NCBI RefSeq assembly: GCF_009914755.1 | Contig: NC_060926.1 | Reading direction: 5' to 3' (one strand) | Length of the DNA stretch: 64,000 nucleotides | Source of the DNA: the human T2T-CHM13v2.0 reference genome, Homo sapiens | In this document: one piece after another, positions 49,150 through 63,940 of the stretch | Layout: each line of letters begins with the position of its first letter | Position numbering within the stretch: the first letter of the stretch is position 1 | Notes under the pieces: generated by a model | What the model was told of the DNA's origin: nothing | What the model saw: the letters and a program-made list of their open reading frames with translations, nothing else | Databases searched by the model: none | Program-made: the position numbers and the translations under genes

Positions 49150-50005
49150 ACTTAATCATATCTCATGCAAACACTATCAGCAAGATCCAATCCATCAGAA
49201 ATCCAATCCATCAGAAAATACAGTTGGCTCTACCTTTAAAGTGCATGTTAAATTTTGTCAGTTCTTGCCACCTCTACTCTACCACCTGGTGCTGAGCCAC
49301 CTTTATCACTCACCAGGATGACAGCCACAGCCTCCTCTCTCTTTTCAGCCTTGCCCACCTTGAGACTATTCGCAATGCAACAGCCAAAGTCACTCTCGTA
49401 AACATGAGTCAAACCATTCCCTTCCTCTGCATGGAATCCTATGATTAATCCCCATCTCACTTAGAGTAAAAGTCCAAATGCAAACAATGGCCTATAGGGC
49501 CTTCATAAGCTGGCCTCAATTACTTCACTGTCTTGGTCCATGTGTTCCAGATGCTTTGACCTCCTTGCCCCTCTGGAATACTAGGCATGCTCACTCCACT
49601 TGTTTTGTAGTGGCTGGTCTCCCTGACTGGAAAAGGAACAGCCCCTCCCACCATTCCCTGATATCTGCTTAACTAACTCCCTCATCTCCTTCAAGTCTTT
49701 GCTTAAGTGTCTTCTTCTCTGTGAGGCCAATATTGGCCACTTTGTGTAACATTGCACCCTGGCAACCCTCCTCCAACCCTCTTAACATGCTTAAATTTTT
49801 ACATTTTCCATATCACTTATGAGTTTCTAAAACACTGTGTAATTTACTGATACATCAAGCCTATTGTTTATTGTCTATATTCCCCAGCTAGAATGTAAGT
49901 TCCATGAGGGCATGGTCTTTGTTTTGCTTACTTATAATGTCTCAAGCATCTAGAATAATGCCTAATACATAGCAGGCACTCAAAAAGTATTATTGAATTA
50001 AATAA
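49150..50005 (+). mobile_element. L2 3' end
   Basis: ctagaatgtaagttccatgagggca..acatagcaggcactcaaaaagtattattgaatt. Confidence 0.85.
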
Positions 50006-50444
50006 TTGAAACAGGTACCCAACCCTTTCCCCGTAACAGCTTAACCTGTCCAAGCTCAATGAAATCTCAATTCTCTATCATTTTTGGCACTTTGATAAGC
50101 ACTCTGAATGAAAGGTTCACTCTGAAGTAGATATAACAATATTCTCTGGGCTGGATCAGCAAGTCATCTGGGTGGATGATGAGAGTGTGGGAATAAAGGA
50201 TATAGCACTAAATGGAGTTGAGGACTGAAGGTTGGCCTTCTAAACTTGCTGGATGCTTACCCAGGAGTTCTTGATGGCAATAATCTTGGTAAGAAAAGTT
50301 TCAACAAAATACGTGATTTTTAGGGAGCATTATGTCAATTGGGGAAATAAACGTATGCACATATTCAAAGGTGACACCAAATTTGACCAATGAACAGACT
50401 GCAGGTAAGAGTATACCAAGGCCCCTCAGCCCTCAAAGCACTAG

Positions 50445-50859
<415 letters not shown>

Positions 50860-51495
50860 TGACTTTTGATTTTCTCACTGTGTTCTTTTGGTATTGTAAA
50901 AATAGTAAATGTTAAAAAAAAAAAAAAAGGAAAAAGAAAAAGAAAATCTACTTTACAAAAAGTAAATTACAAAGGACTACTACTCATCTTTATGTTCAAA
51001 TTTATAACAAAATGGGAAACTCAGTTAGGATGCTTCCATAGCCAGGGAAAGGCAATGGTCAGAATTTTCCAGCTGAGGTTTGATCTGCTATTTTCCACAT
51101 TAAAAGTCAAAAAAGTCAAAACAATGTCTCAACAAAAGCAAAAAATAAGCCATCATTCATTTTGATTATATGAGAGTGATTAACCAAAGTAGGTTAATTT
51201 AGTAATAATAAAAACATTTTCAAAGCTGAACTCTCTCAAGTAACAAATACAAGGCAAAACTATGAATATTTTTGCTATTTGAATAAAGCACAGGTAGCGT
51301 TCATCCTTAGAGTCTCTTGGCCTCACATTTTTCCAGGTTTCTTAGCTATTTGCCCTGCCTTAACAGTCCCCAAGTGACTGCTCCCATCCAGGCCTCCTGA
51401 AGCAGATCCAGCCTAAGCTCCTGGCAGACGGGCTTCCATCAGGGAAGCAGGACCATTGTGAATATGTTGAATAAGGAATTTATTATAGAAATTAG

Positions 51496-51808
51496 GGCTG
51501 GGCACAGTGGCTTACACCTGTAATCCCAGTACTTTGGGAGGCTGAGGTAGGCAGATCACCTGAGGTCAGGAGTTTAAGACCAGCCTGGCCAACATGATAA
51601 AACCCCATCTCTACTAAAAATACAAAAAATTAGCTGGGCATGGTGGCAGGCACCTATAATCTGAGCTACTCAGGAAGCTGAGGCGGGAGAATTGCTTGAA
51701 CCCAGGAGGTGGAGGTTGCAGTAAGCCGAGATGACACCACTGCACTCCAGCATGGGCGACAGAGGGAGACTCTGTTTAAAAAAGGAAAAAAAAAAAAAAA
51801 AAAAAAAG
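51496..51808 (+). mobile_element. AluS
   Basis: Full dimer. Confidence 0.95.
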
Positions 51809-51809
51809 A

Positions 51810-52730
51810 CATTACGTCACATTTGTGGGAGGAGTTGGAGAAGTAAAAGTCTAAAAGTCTGAAAAGGGGAGTTAAGGGATCAGAGAACAATCCTGATTTG
51901 GGCAGAGGAGTCCAAGCTTGCAGGGAAATCTGGATATTAGGCTAGGCACATCCAGCTGCTGTAGTGAGAGTACAAAGATGGTTGGTGTAGACATCTACAG
52001 AAGGTTGTTGGCTCTTTATGATTGCTGCCTCTGTGAGTTTCTGTGAAGAGTCTGTTAGCTAGCCTGTGGTCACAGTTACTTGTCAGAAGCGAATACAGAG
52101 CAGGGAAGAATGAGAACAAACAGGAACTCTCCTGCATCTCTTCTCATTGGTTAGAAATGGCATTTGTCTCTCGCCACCTCTAACCAATGACGACTTTCAT
52201 TACATCTTGACAGTTGTCACTGGTTAGAGGTGGCGAGAGACAAATGAAGATGCTGCTTCAGTATTGCCTCCTAAGTCTCAGGTAACTTCAATTTTGTCTG
52301 TCTGGAAGCATATACAAAAGGGGATTTGGGGAAACATAGTTTCCAGCATAACCATGTTGCCTATAGAACAATCTAGTATGATGACCATACCTTGTCTGCA
52401 AAGTATGGGATTTGTTTCTCTAGTCGCTGTCAGACAGGTCAGATGACGACTCATCCTGGAAGCTGGAGGAAATGGGAGGTAGCTTTCAGGTAAATTTCTT
52501 CTTCAGTCTTTTCTTTGATAGACTGTTCTTGGGCACAGTTTTGCATGGCTAAGCAATTGGCTGTGTCTTCTCAGGTTCATGAAGCACAGGCCAGGTTGGT
52601 AACATATCACTATGTATTTGCTTTCTATTCTTTCCTGTCTCATTTCTCCTATTCCTCATTTGTTGCCCTGGGTTTGCATCTTTCAAGGAAGCATTAGCAC
52701 TTCAGCCTTCCTAAAAACTCCAGCTAAAAT
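51810..52730. mobile_element. Old ERVL/MaLR-type LTR fragments (family unresolved), hosting the hairpin
   Basis: LTR-like motifs such as gggaaacatagtttcc and ttctttcctgtctcatttctcctattcctca. Confidence 0.4.
52161..52246. repeat. Inverted repeat: 35-bp arms, 2 mismatches, 16-nt loop
   Basis: catttgtctctcgccacctctaaccaatgacgact (52161-52195) vs agttgtcactggttagaggtggcgagagacaaatg (52212-52246). Confidence 0.95.
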
Positions 52731-53446
52731 AGTACTCATCTAAGAAAATGCAATGAAAACGAAGTGGGACTTGGATGAATTGATGGGGGAAACTGATTCC
52801 TATGAGGCTCAGTTCAGTTGTATGTGATGGAATTATAGCATCGATGGCTTTTAAGAACATCATTATCTTTCTTCACTGGAAAAGTCCATGAACAAGTATT
52901 TTCTGAGACAAAAGGGATGGATTAGGGGAGCTGAGATCCTTTTAGTCAACATATGACTTGTGACTTTAACACTCAGCAAGAATGTACGCTTAATGAAAAC
53001 TTTGCTCTCTGGCACTGGCACTTTTTTGAGCAATAATCCTGCCATAGCTCAAAAAGCAGTGAAAAGCCTGTTATTCATATTTACATATCTATGCCAGTCT
53101 GAGTTTTCAAGATACACTGATGCACCAATAGGGTGGAGAAACTGCCTTGATCTCTAGTTCCGCACAGCCCGCTGTGTTTAATCCACCCATTTCCCCAGAT
53201 GGATGCGTGTAGTACCGTTACCTCTTATTTGACCATTAATCAATGAGATGGGGGGAGACTTTTTTCCCCTGATGTTTAAAGCCATTTTTTAAAACTATTA
53301 AAACACACATAGATACTATGGAATAGAGTGAAAAGCGTGAGAACATTCTTACACTAAAACGTGAGATTTAGGTTGTGGTAGTCCCCTCTCTTTCCCCATA
53401 GTTTATGGTTCTCTGCTATTAGGGGTTCAGAGAAAAAATTAGATAA

Positions 53447-53788
<342 letters not shown>

Positions 53789-54861
53789 TAGGTAAAGATT
53801 CTGTGTGCTGTGTGTACTCTCATTTCCGTTCACACTTTTGTATTTCTTTTTAAATACATGGGTTTTAGCTTTTTTTCTTTTAAGGGAGAAAGCCATTTCA
53901 GTAGAGTTTCTGTTAATGGAACTCAGAAGGAGTAAGTAGAAAGGGTGGCTGTGATGAAGCAGAGGTCAGCATCCCAGCTGCTCCCTTGAGGAGCCTGTCT
54001 TCACAGCAAAGGAATGAAGGACAAACTGCCATTGTCGCAGGGTCCCGCATCTATTATTTTGTGACCAGAGGACATGAGAACATTGCTAGTCTAGATGGAA
54101 AAAGCTAATCCAACAGGTGAGATTGGAGATTCAAGAGAAACTGCATGTGGGAAGGAGTGCATAAAGTCGACTATGTTTCATAGCAAATCATTTTGTCAGC
54201 ACAGGGCACAATGAAATGCCATCACAGTTGCCTCATTAGTAAGCAATATCTTCCATTTTTGAAGGCACCCCAGCATGTTCTGTAATAGCTCCCATTAAGT
54301 CCAGTCGATGTCCTCTGGACTCCCCCTCCGCCTCCCACCCCCAGATGATGATGACACAAATGTCTTGAAATATTGACATGTCCGCAGTCACTCGTTTACA
54401 GAATGTCTGTACAAATATTTACATTACCCCGTCCCTCCCAGCAAATTTGCCTTTAGATTAATCTGCACACCGAACGCAGGCCGGGAGTGGCTTGGAGTGT
54501 GGAAGGGTTTAAGGGTGTGGAAGGGTTGTAGTGAGGCGGGACTGACTGACTTTGATCGGCTTTGCCAGGGGCTTGAAGGAACCGGCTCTTCCTTTCGCAG
54601 AACCCAGGTGTTTCTCTGGGCCCGGGAAGTTTTTGCTCCCGAGCGAGTCAGGGACGGGAGCAGGCACGCACAGTCGCGTAAGTGTATGAAATGACGACCT
54701 CAGAAGGGCGCCCAGGGACATGGGTTTGGCAGCCCCGAGCGGAGGCCGCCAGGCAGCCGTTCCTTTCGGAATTCGGTCTCCCGCAGTGCTCCCGGCTGCG
54801 GCGCTCCTGGGCCGAGCGCTGGAGCCGTTCTGGGCAACCCTCCCGAGCGCGGCCGGCTCAC

Positions 54862-55050
54862 CTCCGCCGGACTGCGCGGGGCGAGGGCTCCGCTACTGCG
54901 CGCAGGCCCGCGGATGGCAACTCGGGGTTTCCACTGCGGGTGATCTCGGGACACCACGGGTTCCCACGGAGGCCGGGCCAGGGGAGAGCCCTGGCTGTGG
55001 GACCCCGCGTGACCAGGGCGCAGGGCGCCGGGTCCTTAGCCCATCTGGCG
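54862..55050 (-). other. Candidate first exon of a divergent antisense transcript (start approximate)
   Basis: Strong minus-strand donor GAG|GTGAGC at 54861 on the left side of the island. Confidence 0.35.
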
Positions 55051-55189
55051 GCGCAGGGAGGGGCGCCCGGTAGGGCGGGTGCGCAGCATGAGCCCCAGCC
55101 GCTTGCCGCTCCACTCCAGCCGGGCGGACGGGCGGGAGCCGGGGGCGGGGAACCCGGAGCGCCGCCCCGCCAGCGCGCCCCGCCCGTGG

Positions 55190-55412
55190 GAGAGGAGGGG
55201 CTGCAGCGCAGCGGACCACTGGAGGCGCAGCACGGTCGCCGCCGCCGCTGTCGGTGCTGGAGATCGCGGCTCGGTGCAGGCGGCGCCCATGCCTCCTCTC
55301 CTCCACTAGCCCGCGCGCCAGTCCGCCTGCCGGGGCCGGCTCTCCGCCTCCTGCCTCCCGTCGCAGCCGCGCAGCCGCCGCAGAGTCCGCGGCGCCACCG
55401 CTCGCCCTCCAG
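55190..55412 (+). other. Probable non-coding first exon of an unidentified plus-strand gene (TSS approximate)
   Basis: Downstream of the GC-box cluster; ends at consensus donor CAG|GTAGGT. No ATG frame convincingly crosses the donor. Confidence 0.65.
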
Positions 55413-57639
55413 GTAGGTGTCCTAGCTGCAAAGGGATTGCTTGGGGCGGGCGCCAAGGTGCCCGCATCGCGGCCCGGGGGCATTGTGCGCCTCCGGCGGG
55501 CCGAGGACCCCGAGGGACGCGTGGGTGGGCAGCCGCAGCTTCGGGTCCCCAGGACATCGCCGTCCCCCTGGAGGCGCCCCCGGCCGATAGCCCGGGCTAC
55601 AGGGAAGTGGGGGCGGCGGTGTCAGCCCATTCTCGCGGCCGGGATGGGAGGGGGCGTCTGTATCGCGGTCCCGGTTTGCCGCCCTCCCTCCCCCTCGTTG
55701 CCAGGGAATTCCGGCCGCCTGCCACTAGCGCTCGCATTCCCTCGCGCGGGCCGGCGCCCCTGCTCCCCGCAGGCTGCCTGGGGATTGAAGCAGGGGCAGG
55801 GAGAAGGACTGATGTAATTGTCAGCGGAAAACCGAACCGGCGCGGGTGAGAGCGCCCGCGCCCGCGAGAGCTAACGCCTACGCCGCACCTTTCAGGGAAT
55901 CGGGGAAGCCGAGAGGAGCGGCTGGGGAAGTTGTGCATTGGGTTTTATTGTGCGCGTGCACTGCGGACTGCCCTCGCGGGGCACCCCTGCCCACCCGCTG
56001 CTGGCGCCCCTGCAGCCCTCCCGGCAGCCTCCGTCCACTCCCCCGGCCAGGGCCAAGTCTGCCTTCCCTGGTTCAGACCGGGACAGCGTTTGCATTGCAG
56101 TCAAGACGTGCTTCCCCTGCATCAAGCCGGGAGCTGCCCGCAGATCGTGTCGCCGGGGATGCTGGGGGAGGAGGGAATGGGAGACCTGAGGAGAAAGCCT
56201 GGAGAAGTAATGACACAAGCGGATTTTCTCCCCAAAGCTTCTGCTGCGTATAGACACATCTGCAAGGCACCTTTTAAGCTGTTTTTGAAAGTTATAACCA
56301 GATACTGATTTTGTGACAATTCTATGATATACCTGAACGGTTGCTTAAACATAGAGACCTAAAGCTAGGGGAAGCATTACATAATGGACATGAAGCAAAT
56401 GACACGAAACTAAGTGAACCCACTGGGTTGCCAGATTATTTCTCTCTTCTGGACACAAAATCCTGTAAGGTTTTTTCTATAGGAACTTTCATTTTTAAAT
56501 TGCTGGGCTAAGTTTAGCCAATTGTCTATTATATTCAGTTGTGATTTTTTTTTTCTAAATAATTTTCTTGGACATCTTTTCTTAAATTTAAAAATTGCAT
56601 ACTAATGGTTACATATCACTAAGCTGATTAGGAAATGTAGTCTTCACAAGGTAAAAATAAGAAATTTCCCATCTTAATACATTAACTTTGTTTTCCTCTT
56701 GTTTTGTTTTTGTTTCTTTTCCTTCTTTCATCCTTCCCCCCGCCCCCAACCCCCGCTTTATTTTTTGGAAACATTTCTACAGTTTTGGGTACTGCAAGCT
56801 CACAACGTTGATATTTCTATCACATGCTACAGCATTGCGGAGACAAAGACTAATAATAAATGAAACAGAAGACCTCGCAGTAACTCTGAGAGTTAGCAGG
56901 GTTCCCAAGGTCGAAGGGAAGCTGCAGTGTAATTCAGCAATAATCACCTACAGAGAATATGCATAGCCCTCATTGGGAAAGGCCCTGATTGGTGGATTTT
57001 ATTATTATTATTCTTTTGCAGTAGGAGTTCATATATTTTTTCCCTAAAAAATAATTTTTCTTAAGGTAAAAATGAAATATTTTGAAATTAAAATTTCAGG
57101 CTTTTAGAAAGCCTAAAAATTCTGGTTTTGCTCATATTTTTGGATGCAATGTTGATAACGCCATTATACATTCAGTGGATGGATTACCTTTGGCGGTACC
57201 TCAGTTTCAGATTACTATGACTTGTCAGGTGACTCTTGGCTTTAGTATGAGGTAGTTCTGCTGGACTTTTATAGGATCACATATGTAAGTTTTCTTATCC
57301 CTAGATTGCTATAACCTTAAGTTAACTTTATTTCAAGGAGAAAAATAAAGTCCTTCCAAGATGAAATCTTTGTGGTTGGAGGTCTTAGTACCACCACAGA
57401 TACCGGATTAGGTAAACTGCATAAGGAGATAAAAATTCTTATGACTTTACTCATGAAACTGTTGGACTAGAGAGAAGATAATATAGTTTTGAAAGGTAAG
57501 GCATACATTCTCAAAAGAAGGATTTTGTTGTTTTGCTGCAAAGGTTAGGTCATAATTATGATACTTTTTAAAAAGTGGTTTTAAATCTTGGGGGAAAAAG
57601 GGTCTCATAGTATCCATTGACTTCTGGAACTTTTTTTTC

Positions 57640-57945
57640 CTCACTCAATATTATATCTCTGGATTCATTCATACTGTATGTAGTTGTAGTTCACTGACTT
57701 TCACTGCAGTAAAATATTCCATTATGTGTCTTATAACGCAGTATGTTTCTCTTTTCTCCTCTCTGACCATTTTTTTTTTTTTTGAGATATTGCAGTGTTG
57801 CTCTGATTATTGTTGTTTCCTGGGCACACGTGCCAGTGTTTCTCTTGGGTTAATACCAAGGAATAAAATTGCTGGTTTGTAGGTTATGTGAATATTCAAC
57901 TTATTAAGTATTGCCAAATTATATTCCCAAATGGTTGTACTAATT
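57640..57945 (-). mobile_element. Old L1ME fragment
   Basis: ttgccaaatt..cccaaatggttgtactaatttaca. Confidence 0.7.
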
Positions 57946-58194
57946 TACATAAACCAGGGAAACAACCAAATACAAACACTAAATAAAAACATGCACTTCT
58001 GTTTTGCATATATGTCTGTTGAAATACATATCTTTTTAGAAAGCAAGAGAATGATGAACGTAAAACTTAGAATGGCAGTTATCTTTTATATGGACTGGAG
58101 GGTAGCATGTGGGGAGGAACACACACATGGATGTTTGTTATTGATAATGACCTAGTCCTTGGGTTTCATGGTGAGTTTCTAGGTGATCATTGTA

Positions 58195-58513
58195 CAGTAA
58201 TTCCCCCGTTATCCAAAGGGAGTATGTTCCAAGTTCCCTAGTAGATGCCTGAAACCTCCGATGGTGCCAAACCCTATGTATATGCTTCTTTTCCATGCAT
58301 AGATACCTATGATAAAATTTAATTTATAAATTAGGTACAGTAAGAGATTAACAATCATAATAAACAGAACAATTATTAACACTATACTGTAATAAAAAGT
58401 TATGTAAATGTGGTTTCTCTCTCTTTCAAATTATCTTATTACACTGTATTTACCTATTCTCAGAACCAGATTGACCATGGGTAATTGAAACTTTGGATGG
58501 GGGTAGATATTGT
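58195..58513. mobile_element. MER44-like Tigger-derived element
   Basis: cagtaattcccccgttatcc..gatgcctgaaacc..acctatgataaaatttaatttataaattagg. Confidence 0.8.
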
Positions 58514-59019
58514 ATTAAAAAAAAAGAAAGAGGATAATGCATGGACCAGTGATGATATTTTAAGGTTCTAAGGAAAAAGAAAATAAGGACAATAGAGTTA
58601 TCACAAGACAATAAGCCTACAAGATATTAGTTGAAAGATGAAGATGCAGTCCCTATGCATAGGCATGAGTTGCCCAGAGTTCATGGAAGAAATTTGCAAA
58701 AAGGTTGAGCAGGAAGTGGTCATGCTGAGAAGAGGAAGGCTGTTGTGGACTTAGAAAATGATATGAACAGAAGTTGAGGGAGCCATGAGAAATTTTCCAA
58801 CAGTGAACCACTCAAAGCATTTATACACTAAGTTTAGGGAACAGATAGGTGGGGACTACCAGGAGAGATCCAAGGCTCCTCGTTAGGAGGCACTGCTGAT
58901 TGAGATGAGAGTTCTCAAGTTTGGAGAAAATGAAAAGGATTAGTTTAAAAACTAAAACTACTGTCCTAAAAAAGAAGAGGAGAGTCAAAGGTATTTGACT
59001 ATAATGAAAAGAAATATGA

Positions 59020-59407
<388 letters not shown>

Positions 59408-60897
59408 GAGAACTGCGGCACAAAGAGGTTAAGTAATCTGCCCAAGGTGTTTTCCTTATCTGTAATGTGGACGTACTATCTGTAATATGGACATACTATT
59501 AGGGCTTAACTCTCCAGTTGTGTCAAATATTCTGTGAACTTCTGGCCCAGAGTAAAAACTCACCACATATTGCCAGCAATGTTAGGGAGTTGTTGTTATA
59601 GAAATAGTACCCCCAAAGGTACAATAGCTAAAATGACCAAGGATAATTTAATTGGATCTCAGTTTTTCAAGTATTAAGCATTCAAATAGAACATTTCTTT
59701 CAAATTCATCTTTGTCTAACTCAGTTGGCCTTGGGTATATTGTTGGTGTTTAGTGACTATTAGATATGACAGTTTGTGCATTTGTTATATTCTGAGAGGA
59801 AATTAAATGCATCATATATCCATTGGATGTTGTGGATTCTTCACTCAGGCTTTGCCATGTTCAGTGCATAAATACTATCTGGCAGATAGTAAAATATGAC
59901 CAAAATTATTAATCCCTATGTGTGATTAAAAGAAACATAAACATAAAACTCAATTTTCTTAAATCAAATGAGAGCTTTCATGTGTCAGTATCCAAAGGCA
60001 GCGTTTTAAATTTTGATTATACTGTGAAATTCTGCTTTAAACAAATAAAAATTCACATTATTTTCCGTCCTCTTCTCTTCCCCCTTAAACCCCTACCATT
60101 ACTCTTTCTACACACTTAATATTTCTGTTAATTTGCTTCTGAGGGAATGCTTGGGTATTTACTGCTAAGTGTTTTTCTGGGTCTTTCTAGAAGGCCGACT
60201 GATTTTATTGCTTAGGTTTGGGGCCAAATCCTATGGTTGCCTGGCTCTCTGAGATATTGAGTCTTCAACCTTTAGCTGCCTGTGAGTGACTGCTCAAATG
60301 TCATGGGGAGCCTCTGCAAGATAACCATTAAGGGTTTTTTTTTTTTTTTTCATTTGTTAAATCCCCAAAACTAATGCTATTAAGGGGCTTTTCATAGAAC
60401 TAGAAAGCTCTATGTATTCATCTTTTTAACTCCCACATCACATAGCCTTGTACATAGTGGACATTCAGTAAGTGTTGATAAATATACAATTTTTGTTAAT
60501 TGATTCGTATAAAATTACACTGTACATTGTTTGCCGTTTGAAATGCTAATTATAGTTCTGTTTGGTTTGTGTTTACATTCTAATCTTTCGGAACACTGGG
60601 AAAAAAATACTTTAAGCTTTTTCCCTTTAAACTTTGAAGGAAAACACATATTTGGATAAGGCAGTGCTGTACTTCTAGTCTCAAAGTGTCCATTATTGGG
60701 TAGCTAACTGACAATTATTTCTCTGTGTAAGAAATATTTTAAAAAAGTTCTTCGAGAATAATGCCTAATTATTCTTTGTGAGCTGGCCAAATTTTGTGAA
60801 ATAATGAGGTTTAGGGATTACATTTTTCAAAGCCAGCAATAAAATATACAAAGATTAAAGCACATTTCTTTAAGTTGGAGGTGCTGGAGCTTTTTAG

Positions 60898-61314
<417 letters not shown>

Positions 61315-61522
61315 TAAAAACTGCCCACAAATCATGATGTAACTTTCTTCCTTTTTCCTCTGCTGGCATAGATGATTACTATTATAAGAAATTAGTAATA
61401 TATTTTTGAGGATGGTGATGGAGTGTTGTACAGGGGTGTTCCTTGATTTTAATATTTTCTATAATTCCTTGACATTTTCTTTCTAAAACAGATTTTCTTT
61501 AGGACTTCCAGAAATGCTTTAG

Positions 61523-61843
<321 letters not shown>

Positions 61844-62129
61844 CAAATAAATATTTTCTAAAACTGTAGACTCTACAAATGTATATTAATATTTCATTTA
61901 GAATTAAGATTAAATTTACCTTTCTGATTTGAAGATTAAGAATCATGGTTACTCTGTCCAAAGAAAATATTGGTGGGCAATGTTGGGAGTTAGCAGTTTG
62001 TAGGCATCTGATTTTCATAGAAGCAACTCAAAGTGACAACTTGAGAGTGAAAAAATGGCCATTTTCCAATGTAGTGATTCTTTTGGGATTACTTTGAGAA
62101 TATTTTGTATCAAGAGACATATTTTCTTA

Positions 62130-62288
62130 TTTATTTATTTATTTATTTGAGATGAGGGTCTCACTATGTTGCCCAGGCAGGAGTGCAGTGGCTATTCACA
62201 GACATGATCATGGTGCACTACAGCCTCCAGCTGCTGGCCTCAGCCCCCTGAGTGCCTGGGATTTTAGTTGTGTGCCACAGCACGCGGC
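62130..62288 (-). mobile_element. FAM monomer with internal deletion and perfect 18-bp TSD
   Basis: gtggctattcacagacatgatcatggtgcactacagcc; aagagacatattttctta at 62112 and 62289. Confidence 0.85.
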
Positions 62289-62384
62289 AAGAGACATATT
62301 TTCTTAGTGGCTCAATATCTAAGACTTAACTAGCAGATTAGTCTTTCCAGCATTACCCAAATCACAGAAAGTATCTTAGAAGTA

Positions 62385-62490
62385 ATTTTGTAGATGAGGA
62401 AACTGAGGCTCTGAGAGGTGAGGTGTCCGAGCCAGTGCCAGACTTGTACTGACCATCACATGCCTAGATACTAAATCATCCTGACCTGGC
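62385..62490 (-). mobile_element. MIR
   Basis: attttgtagatgaggaaactgaggctctgagaggt. Confidence 0.8.
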
Positions 62491-62789
62491 ACATGGTCCA
62501 CATTAGAGTTAATTTGTGAAAACATGTATGTACAGATGTAGAAAAAATACTGACAGGGACCTGTGGCATTTGTTTTCAACCTGAGAAGTGTGCCTGACAG
62601 TGTTCCCATGACCATTCTTACATGTGCTTGTTAACTGCAGTTATAGTGCTTTATCAGATATGATGTCAGCTTTAAGATCAAGTCACATAGTAGGCTCATA
62701 GAACTTTCGGGAATGGCAGAATCCAGATAGACTTTGGGTCAGTTTTTAATCAGCCATTCCAATCTGACACTACAGTGAGTGCTTATAGT

Positions 62790-63940
62790 ATTGGAACCTT
62801 ATAATAATATACTTTATTTTCTCTCTTCCTGACTTTTGTGCTATTGTTGTCATATTTATGTAATAAACCCCACATTATATTGTTACTGCTTTTGTTTGAA
62901 AAGTTATCTTTTAAAGATATGTAAATGATAATTTACAAAATCATATATTTACTATGTATTTACCATTTATGGTGCCTTTCATTCCTTTTTGCAGATGCAT
63001 ATTTCCATCTGGAATCATTTTCTTTCTTCTTAAAAGGACTTTCTTTAACATTTCTTGTTTCCAATGGTGCTAACTTTTTCACTTCTGTGTGTCTGAAAGT
63101 GTCTTTATTTTGCCTTCAATTTTGAAGATATTTTCACTGGGCATAAAATTCTAGGTAGACTGTATTTTTCTTTTTAGTGTTTTGAAGATGTAGCCTCCTG
63201 TTTGCATTGTTTTCAGTGAGAAATCTATTATCCTTATCTTTGTACATACTGTATCTTTTTTCTCTGGCTGCTTTAAGATTTCTTTTTATCTGCCGGGCGC
63301 TGTGGCTGACGCCTGTAATCCCAGCACTTTGGGAGGCTGAGGTGGCAGATCACTCGAGGTCAGGAGTACGAGACCAGCCTGGCCAACATGGTGAAACCCT
63401 GTCTCTACTAAAAATACAAAAATTGGCCGGGCGTGGTGGTGGGCACCTGTAACCTCAGCTATTTGGGAGGCTGAGGCAGGAGAATCACTTGAACCTGGGA
63501 GGCAGAGGTTGCAGTAAGCTGAGGTTGTGCCACTGTTTTCTACCTTGGGTGACAGAGTGAGACTGTCTCAAAAAAAAAAAAAAAAGAAAGAAAGAAAAAG
63601 ATTCTTTTTATCATTGGTGTTGAGTAATTTGATCAGGATGTACCTTGATGTGGTTTTCTTTATGTCTTTTGTGCCACTGAGATTCATTAAGCATCTTTAA
63701 TCTGTGGGATTTTTGTTTTCAAGAAAGTTGGACAAGTTTCTGCTATTATTTCTTCACACATGGTTTTCTGTTTTTTCTTCATTATTCTGTCTTTTGTGGG
63801 GAGTCCATGTACTGTATATTAGGCTGCTTAAAGTTATCTCACAGCTCACTGAGGCTATGTTCATTTTTTAAAGTTCTCTTTTCTCTGTTTCACTTTGGAT
63901 AGTTTCTATTGCTGTGTCTTTACACTTAGTTTCTTTTAAC
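62790..63940 (-). mobile_element. Old L1M fragment containing AluS (+, 63291-63599)
   Basis: gaagatattttcactgggcataaaattctagg; Alu TSD aagatt(t)ctttttatc. Confidence 0.8.

Larger units (their letters stand above)
54590..56200. promoter_or_regulatory. CpG island promoter, probably bidirectional
   Basis: Abrupt GC- and CpG-rich block in a CpG-depleted window; GC boxes such as GGGGGCGGGG at 55141-55150. Confidence 0.93.

Noticed and set aside
55190-55412. Assigning a gene symbol to the CpG-island gene or a specific RNU5 pseudogene name
   Set aside because: No coding exon is present and I do not recognise the UTR; a name would be a guess.
54682-56308. Long overlapping ORFs (244, 196, 187 aa and others) in the CpG island
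   Set aside because: Present in many frames on both strands, rich in Arg/Pro/Gly/Ala, no recognisable domain, and they cross the 55413 donor. Expected from stop-codon scarcity in GC-rich DNA.
59457-59496. 20-bp tandem repeat and other short direct repeats as CRISPR-like arrays
   Set aside because: Only two copies, no spacers, eukaryotic context; ordinary slippage duplications.
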